Part shown: positions 58,300 to 64,000 of the stretch, piece by piece
How the letters are laid out: every line of letters begins with the position of its first letter
Position numbering within the stretch: the first letter of the stretch is position 1
Made by a program: the position numbers and the translations under genes
NCBI GenBank assembly: GCA_963805975.1
Contig: CAWDVR010000004.1
Coordinates: 256,001-320,000 of the forward strand
Direction of reading: 5' to 3'
Source of the DNA: an uncultured Acidobacteriota bacterium
GTDB taxonomy: Bacteria > Acidobacteriota > Thermoanaerobaculia > Multivoradales > SZUA-115
Length of the DNA stretch: 64,000 nt
The notes under the pieces: generated by a model
Told to the model about the DNA's origin: nothing
Seen by the model: the letters and a program-made list of their open reading frames with translations, nothing else
The model's database searches: none

Positions 58300-59043
58300 C
58301 TACGGCTTCCCGACCGGCGATTCTGTGCCCGGCAGCATGGGGGCTACCGCCTCCACGAACCGCACGGCGTCCTGCACCCGCAGGTGGGCGAGCACCACCG
58401 GCAGCGGCTCGCGGTCGGCGCCCGCGGGCAGCGCGAGAGTGTAGACCCCGAGCGGCGAGGGCCCGGCCACGATCTCCGCCTCGAGCGGCAGCAGCAGATC
58501 GCGGATCTCGCCCTCGGTGGCGTCCTCGCGAAAGACGATCCGCAGCTCCGGGCCGGTGGCGGCGGGAGCCACGGCATCCGCCAGCGTGTGGAAGCTCTGG
58601 GAAGAGGGTGCCGGACGGTCCCGCCCGAGGAGGACGCCGGCCCCGAGGAGCAGGGCGAGCTGTGCCGCGAGCGCCCAGCGCACCGCCGCCGGTGTGCCAC
58701 CGAGAGTGCCGCGGAGCCAGCGCTCGAGGCCCCAGCCGCCGCTCTCGGTCTCTTCGGCCGCGTCGATGCGTGCCAGCAGGCGGGCGAGCTCCACGGGATG
58801 CGGCGCCGGCGCCATGATCTCGCTCGCGCGCACCGCGGTGGCGAGCGCGCCGCAGTCCTCCGCCTCGGCGCGGCATTCTTCGCAGTGGGCGAGATGGTCT
58901 TCCACCCAGGCCTGCTCGGCCTCGTCGAGCGTGCCGTTGGCGTACCAGGGAAGCAGGGGCTGCACCTCCTCGTGACTGGCCCTGCCGCCGGAATGGGCGC
59001 TGCCGGAATTGGGGCCGCCGAAATGGCCTCCGCTCTTGCTCAT
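58300..59043 (-). CDS. zf-HC2 anti-sigma factor
   Basis: LLPWYANGTL...VEDHLAHCEEC, single TM, C-terminal extracytoplasmic domain. Confidence 0.88.
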   Translation of the reverse strand: MSKSGGHFGGPNSGSAHSGGRASHEEVQPLLPWYANGTLDEAEQAWVEDHLAHCEECRAEAEDCGALATAVRASEIMAPAPHPVELARLLARIDAAEETESGGWGLERWLRGTLGGTPAAVRWALAAQLALLLGAGVLLGRDRPAPSSQSFHTLADAVAPAATGPELRIVFREDATEGEIRDLLLPLEAEIVAGPSPLGVYTLALPAGADREPLPVVLAHLRVQDAVRFVEAVAPMLPGTESPVGKP

Positions 59044-59603
59044 CGAGCCTCCCTGCCGAAAGCCAGCCCCGATTGCGGCAGCGCGTCCCGCAGACGCCGT
59101 CGGGCATGGAACATCCTCGTCTTCACGGTGTTGACCGGACAGTCCACGATCTCGGCGATCTCGCGGTAGGAGTAGCCGAAGTAGTAGGTGAGCTCGACGA
59201 CCGCCCGCTGGTCCGGGGGAAGCCGGGCCAGGGCGCGGCCCAGGACCGTCGCCTCCTCCCGCCGCGCGAGCAGCCGGTCCGGCCCCTCGACCTGCCGCTC
59301 GAAGGGCCGCGCCACCGGCTCTCCCACCGGCTCCTTGCGGCGCGAAAGTGCCTTGAGCGCCTTGCGGTAGGCGATCCCCAGGATCCAGGTCGAAGGCCGG
59401 GAGATGCCGTCGAAGCGGGCGGCGCTCTGCCAGACCACCATCATCACGTCGTTGACCAGCTCCTCGATCAGATCGGCCCGCCGGGTGACCTTGAAGAGAT
59501 AGACGAAGAGGCGGCGGTGATACCGGTGGTAGAGCGTCTCGAAAGCACGCCGGTCCTTGGCCGCGATGCGGGCCAGCAGGCTCTGCTCGTCGTCGCCTGG
59601 CAT
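59040..59603 (-). CDS. ECF RNA polymerase sigma factor
   Basis: AFETLY, F.G.SR.STWI..IAY, YSYREIAEI..CPVNTVKTRMFHAR. Confidence 0.93.
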   Translation of the reverse strand: MPGDDEQSLLARIAAKDRRAFETLYHRYHRRLFVYLFKVTRRADLIEELVNDVMMVVWQSAARFDGISRPSTWILGIAYRKALKALSRRKEPVGEPVARPFERQVEGPDRLLARREEATVLGRALARLPPDQRAVVELTYYFGYSYREIAEIVDCPVNTVKTRMFHARRRLRDALPQSGLAFGREAR

Positions 59604-59792
59604 TCCTGCCCCTTTCGTCGGGGGCCTCCTTCGAGGCGGCGGCTCGAGGCTACCACCCCCTCCCGGGCTCTCGGCCGCGGGTCTCTGAGGGGGTGAATGC
59701 CCGGTGCCGCGGAATCGGTTCAAAGATCCGTCGAGAGAACCTTTCTCCCGCGCCAGGGAACTCAAGTGCCGAGACCTCCCATGGCGAAACCT

Positions 59793-60719
59793 ATGACCAC
59801 GAACCGTCTTTCCCGCCTTCTCCTGGCGCTCCTGTGCCTGCTGCCGGTCGAGACCGATGCGCAGTCGGTGATCGACTTCCGCGAAGAGCTCGACTTCGAC
59901 CGTCCCGAGGCGTGGGCGCTCAAGTACTTCTCGGGGGCGACCCTGTTCACCGGCCTCGGCGTCCCGGAGCGGCGGCAGGCCGGTTCGGTCGAGCTCGGCC
60001 TCGAGGCGGGCTGGGTCCCCAGCCTGTCCGAGGAGGAGCGCCGGGTGGGCTTCAACGGCACCAAGGTCGAGGACCTGAACAAGACCCCGGTCTTCGCCCG
60101 GCCGCGGCTCACGGTGGGGCTGCCCGCCGCGTTCTCGCTCACCCTGGGCTACGTGCCGCCGGTCGAGGTCGGCGGCGCCAGGCCCAACCTCGTCTCGCTG
60201 GCGCTCGGCCGCCCGCTGATCGAGCGCCAACGAAAAGGCAGCAGGGCTTGGCGGCTGGGCGCCCGGGTCTTCGGCCAGACCGGCGAGATCGAGGCCGACA
60301 TCACCTGCGACCGCGGCGCGGTCGAGGCGGGTGACGACCCGGTCGGGAACCCCTTCCAGTGCGAGGAGCCGTCGCGTGACCGGGTGAAGCTCCGCTACCT
60401 GGGCTTCGATCTCGGCGGCTCGTTCGAGGCGGGAGCGGCGGGCAGGCTCGAGCCCTACGGGTCGGTGATGGTCTCTTTCCTCGACCCGGAGATGCAGATC
60501 GACGCGCGCTACAGCGGCCTCGTCGACCGTACCCTGCAGGTCACGGACGGCACGATCTACGCGCTGACCGCCGGCGCTCGGTACGCCGTCTCGGAGAAGG
60601 CCGGCTTGGTGGCGGAAGCCTTCTACTCGCCGCTCACCATCGTGCGGCGAGCGGGCGAGGAGAAGGCGAACCAGGACCTGTTCAACGTCCGGGTGCTGGT
60701 GAGCTACCGCCTGCGATGA
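59793..60719 (+). CDS. Hypothetical exported protein, possible outer-membrane beta-barrel
   Basis: Signal peptide, amphipathic beta strands, C-terminal VRVLVSYRLR; start uncertain (59781 or 59793). Confidence 0.55.
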   Translation: MTTNRLSRLLLALLCLLPVETDAQSVIDFREELDFDRPEAWALKYFSGATLFTGLGVPERRQAGSVELGLEAGWVPSLSEEERRVGFNGTKVEDLNKTPVFARPRLTVGLPAAFSLTLGYVPPVEVGGARPNLVSLALGRPLIERQRKGSRAWRLGARVFGQTGEIEADITCDRGAVEAGDDPVGNPFQCEEPSRDRVKLRYLGFDLGGSFEAGAAGRLEPYGSVMVSFLDPEMQIDARYSGLVDRTLQVTDGTIYALTAGARYAVSEKAGLVAEAFYSPLTIVRRAGEEKANQDLFNVRVLVSYRLR

Positions 60720-60726
60720 GGAAAGG

Positions 60727-60749
60727 GGCCGGGCGCAGGGCGCCCGGCC
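60727..60749. terminator. GC-rich hairpin between convergent genes
   Basis: GGCCGGGCGC-AGG-GCGCCCGGCC. Confidence 0.5.
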
Positions 60750-60771
60750 GGGGTTGCAGGAGCCGAGAGGG

Positions 60772-62193
60772 TTACGGAATGTCCGCCTGGCCGGCGCAGC
60801 TCTGGATCGCGCCCTTCTGGCTGCCGGAGATCATCCCGGCCTTTTTGAGGTCGTTCATGGCGTGGGACACGCAGCTCACGAACTGGCCGTGGTTGCCGGC
60901 CCCGGCCGCGCAACCATCCACCAGGGTGGTGAGCGTGCCGCTGCCCGGCACCGGGAGATTCGGCACGCCGGTGTCGCAACCGTCGATCACGAGATTGGCG
61001 AAGCTCCAGCCCTCGTCGACCAGCAGCCAGGGCGTCAGGTCCACCTGGTGCTTGGTGAGGTCGGCATTGATCGCCGGCTCCATCAGCAGGTTGGGGAAGG
61101 CGACGTTGTCGAAGTGAGAGATCGACGAGTCGGCCTGCACCGGGTTGGTGGCGAAGAGCTGTGCGCGGCCGTTCACGTCGGCACCCGCGTAGCGCGCGTT
61201 GTTGACCCCCAGGCGGGCATTGACGCCCGGCAGGTTGGCCTTGATGGCGTTGCCGTCCGCCAGGGTGAGGCGGGCCGAGGGGATGGTGATCGTGGGATCG
61301 ACGCCCGCCATGCCCGCCGGCGGGCAGCCGGCGACGTTGTCCGCCACCAGCACGGCGCGCGCCCCCGAGGCCTGCGCATTGGCCACCTTGACCGTGAAGC
61401 CGCAGGTGCCGCGATCGACGAGCGCGATGTTGCCGTTGACGGCGGCGGCGTTGGTGAACGGCGAGCAGCCGTCGGTGGTCGCGGGGCCGGCCGGGTTGGA
61501 GGGGTCGATGGCCTGCACCACGTTGCCGGTCACGCCGGGAGAGGTGAGCAGCGGCCCGAACGCCGCCGCGCCCACCCGCCGTGGGCCGGCGATGCCGGCC
61601 GGAGAGTTGACGGTCACCGAGGGCAGCCCCTTGCCGATGATGCGCGGCACGTTGGTGGTGACGTTGGGGCCGACCCAGACCACGTTGTCGCAGTTGAGGG
61701 CCGAGGCCGCGACCTGCGCCGGGGTCTTCTGGTTCCAGTTGAGGCCGGTGGTGTTGTCGCGGGTGAAGGTGGCGTAGATGTCGGTCAGCCCGTCGGGGCC
61801 GGTGCCGCTCGTCTCCGAGATGAAGTTGGCGAAGCCCAGGCCGTGGGCGAACTCGTGCAGCAGCACGTGGACCAGCGAGATGTCCGTGCCGTGGTTGTTG
61901 TCGAAGCCGTAGTACCAGCCGCGGCCGGTGAGGCAGCCGGGGAGGGTGCCGATCGAGCTGTTGAAAAAGGCGACGATGTCGTCGTTGAACGGCGGCTCGA
62001 GGAGACCCGGGTCCGGCGGGCCCGGGGTGAGGTCGAAGCCGGCGAGCTTGTTGGCGAGCGCGGAGTGGTACCAGGTGTCGACGAAGGCGGAGCCCGGGAA
62101 GTTGGCGAAGATCTGAATGGTGCCCGCCTGGCCGAGCACGGCGCCGGTCGCCGTGCAGGTCAGCGGCTGGAACGAGCCCTGGACCACGATCTC
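60772..62193 (-). pseudogene. PA-domain metallopeptidase-like secreted protein, N-terminus missing
   Basis: HEFAHGLGF (HExxH); PA domain IALVDRGTCGF..KV.NAQ.SGA.AV...DN; SSISHFD, NLLMEP; no start codon or signal peptide in frame. Confidence 0.7.
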
Positions 62194-62498
62194 AGCACCG
62201 CGGAGAGCATGCCGTCGCGGTGGCGCACCACCTGTGCCGGGCCCCGACGGCCGAGCTTCTCCACCATGCCCGCGGCCAGCGCCCTGGCCTCCTCGGGAGT
62301 GGGCTGGCGGAGGCGCCCGGTGACCGGGTCGATGGCGACCGTGAGGCCGACGCCGGGGAGCTCGACCTCGACCGGTGCCGGGGCAACGGCTTCTGGAGGA
62401 GTGGCCTTTGGAGGCTCCTCGGCGAGAAGGGGAGCGGCGAGCACGGCTGAGGCTGCGAGCCCCAGCGCCAGCGCCCAGGATGGAGACGGGTTGCGCAT
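62160..62498 (-). pseudogene. Small exported protein (IDPVTG.LR.PT.EE motif), C-terminally truncated by the junction at ~62192
   Basis: GGAGG RBS, signal peptide, LTVAIDPVTGRLRQPTPEEARALA...VRHRDG, then runs into the peptidase gene out of frame. Confidence 0.55.
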
Positions 62499-62611
62499 GG
62501 ATGGACCTCCTGTCGGGTCAGTGTTTCGGGCTGCGAACATGCTTCCGGCTCAATGTGCGGTAAAGCTGCACAATCGAGACGGCTCTCGCGGTCGGGATGC
62601 TCGAGAGGTCG

Positions 62612-62643
62612 AAAGAAAAACGGCCGAGAGGGGACTCGGCCGT
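62612..62643 (-). terminator. Rho-independent terminator of lon
   Basis: 9-bp stem ACGGCCGAG/CTCGGCCGT followed by a T-rich tail on the minus strand. Confidence 0.7.
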
Positions 62644-62673
62644 CGGGAGGTCAGGGGAGCGGGGTGAGGCCGA

Positions 62674-64000
62674 TCAGTGTCGATAGGCGAGCGAGAGCGG
62701 GGCGACCTCGGCCGGGTCGTCGCCGGTAAAGAGCAGCCTACCCTCCTGGTACCGCGCGTCCTTCAGGGTGAGCGCCAGCACCTCTCCCAGCTCGGAGACC
62801 GGGTGCACCTCGATCGAGTCCCGCACCTCCTGCGGCAGATCCTCGAGGTCGGCCTCGTTGGCCAGCGGCAGGACGAAGCGGCGGATGCCGGCGCGCACCG
62901 CGCCCAGGATCTTCTCCTTGACACCACCGATCGGCAGCACGCGGCCGGAGAGCGTCACCTCGCCGGTCATCGCGATGTCCGGCCGCACCGACCGGCCCGA
63001 CAGCGCCGAGATCAGCGCCGTCGCCATGGTGATGCCCGCCGACGGGCCGTCCTTGGGGATGGCACCGGCCGGCACGTGGATGTGGAGATCGCTCTTGAAG
63101 GCGTCCTCGTCGATGTGCAGCGGCAGGGCGTGCGAGCGCGCGTAGCTCCAGGCGGCGCGCGCCGACTCCTTCATCACGTCGCCCAACTGGCCGGTCAGCA
63201 CCAGCTCGCCCTTGCCGCGCATGGTCGACGCCTCGACGAACATGATGTCGCCGCCCACCGGCGTGTAGTACATGCCGGTCGCGACGCCGATCTGCTCTTC
63301 CTGGGAAGCGTGCTCCGGGTGCACCTTGGGCCGGCCGAGAAGGGTGCGGACCATGGCGGCGTCGGCCACCACCTGCGACGTTTCCGCGGCGGCGATGCGG
63401 CGCGCCACCTTGCGCGCCACGCGGCCGATCTCGCGCTCGAGCTGGCGCACGCCGGACTCGCGCGTGTAGCTCGCGATGAGCGGCGCGAGCCCTGAGTCCT
63501 CGAAACGAAGCTGATCTTCGGAAAGCGCGTTCTCCTTGAGCTGCCGCGGCACCAGGTACTGGCGGGCGATGGTGAGCTTCTCGCGCTCGGTGTAGCCGGA
63601 GAACTCCACCACCTCCATGCGGTCGAGGAGCGGCGCCGGAATGTTCTGGATGAAGTTCGCCGTGCAGACGAACAGCACCTCTGAGAGATCGAACGGGATG
63701 CCGAGGTAGTGGTCGGTGAACGAGTCGTTCTGCGCCGGGTCCAGCACCTCGAGCAGCGCCGCCGCCGGGTCGCCGTGGAAGGAGGCGCCGAGCTTGTCGA
63801 CTTCGTCGAGCAGGAAGACGGGGTTCCTGGTCCCCACCTGTTTCATGCCCTGGATGATGCGGCCCGGCATGGCCCCCACGTAGGTACGGCGGTGGCCGCG
63901 GATGTCGGCCTCGTCGCGTGCGCCACCGAGCGAGATGCGCACGTACTTCCTGCCCATGGCGCGGGCGATCGACTTGGCGATCGAGGTCTTGCCCACGCCG
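62674..64000 (-). CDS. lon: Lon protease, 5'-partial
   Basis: [30 protein letters not shown] catalytic Ser, GGVKEK. Confidence 0.97.
   Translation of the reverse strand, partial: GVGKTSIAKSIARAMGRKYVRISLGGARDEADIRGHRRTYVGAMPGRIIQGMKQVGTRNPVFLLDEVDKLGASFHGDPAAALLEVLDPAQNDSFTDHYLGIPFDLSEVLFVCTANFIQNIPAPLLDRMEVVEFSGYTEREKLTIARQYLVPRQLKENALSEDQLRFEDSGLAPLIASYTRESGVRQLEREIGRVARKVARRIAAAETSQVVADAAMVRTLLGRPKVHPEHASQEEQIGVATGMYYTPVGGDIMFVEASTMRGKGELVLTGQLGDVMKESARAAWSYARSHALPLHIDEDAFKSDLHIHVPAGAIPKDGPSAGITMATALISALSGRSVRPDIAMTGEVTLSGRVLPIGGVKEKILGAVRAGIRRFVLPLANEADLEDLPQEVRDSIEVHPVSELGEVLALTLKDARYQEGRLLFTGDDPAEVAPLSLAYRH

Noticed and set aside
58985-59030. Three degenerate 15-bp tandem units at the anti-sigma N-terminus
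   Set aside because: Low-complexity Gly/Ser-rich linker; no evidence of function.

Overview
GC-rich bacterial chromosomal window. Gene content (TPR-rich kinase tail, YfhO-like glycosyltransferases, pilT-pilC-pilS-pilR, GlnRS-YqeY fusion) suggests an Acidobacteriota/Thermoanaerobaculia-like organism, which is inference only. It contains a partial type IV pilus regulatory operon, a surface-glycan locus (WcaJ-like sugar transferase, GT4, three GT2, several GT-C/YfhO-like membrane proteins), two OPT transporters, serS/glnS/gltX with three tRNAs (Ser-UGA, Ser-GCU, Gln-CUG), transketolase, Lon, and an ECF sigma/anti-sigma/S8 protease module. Scattered accessory genes include Fic, three PIN-type TA pairs, Uma2 and a stand-alone MmeI-like type IIL restriction-modification gene. 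The most unusual signals are: (1) a 190-bp intergenic element of two long hairpins with diverged, co-varying 30-31 bp stems but identical 26-nt loops in opposite orientation (42770-42971); (2) a Sec-secreted Cys-rich protein carrying an FrpC-like self-processing module whose Asp-Pro site is replaced by Asn-Cys-Pro; (3) a degenerate copy of an OPT gene 3' segment on the far side of the MmeI-like gene, suggesting insertion into a coding sequence; (4) an anti-sigma factor whose outer domain resembles a subtilase prodomain. Several frameshifts or deletions (APC permease, one OPT, glnS, PA-domain peptidase) may be consensus errors. All calls come from reading the sequence and motif recall; no searches were run.
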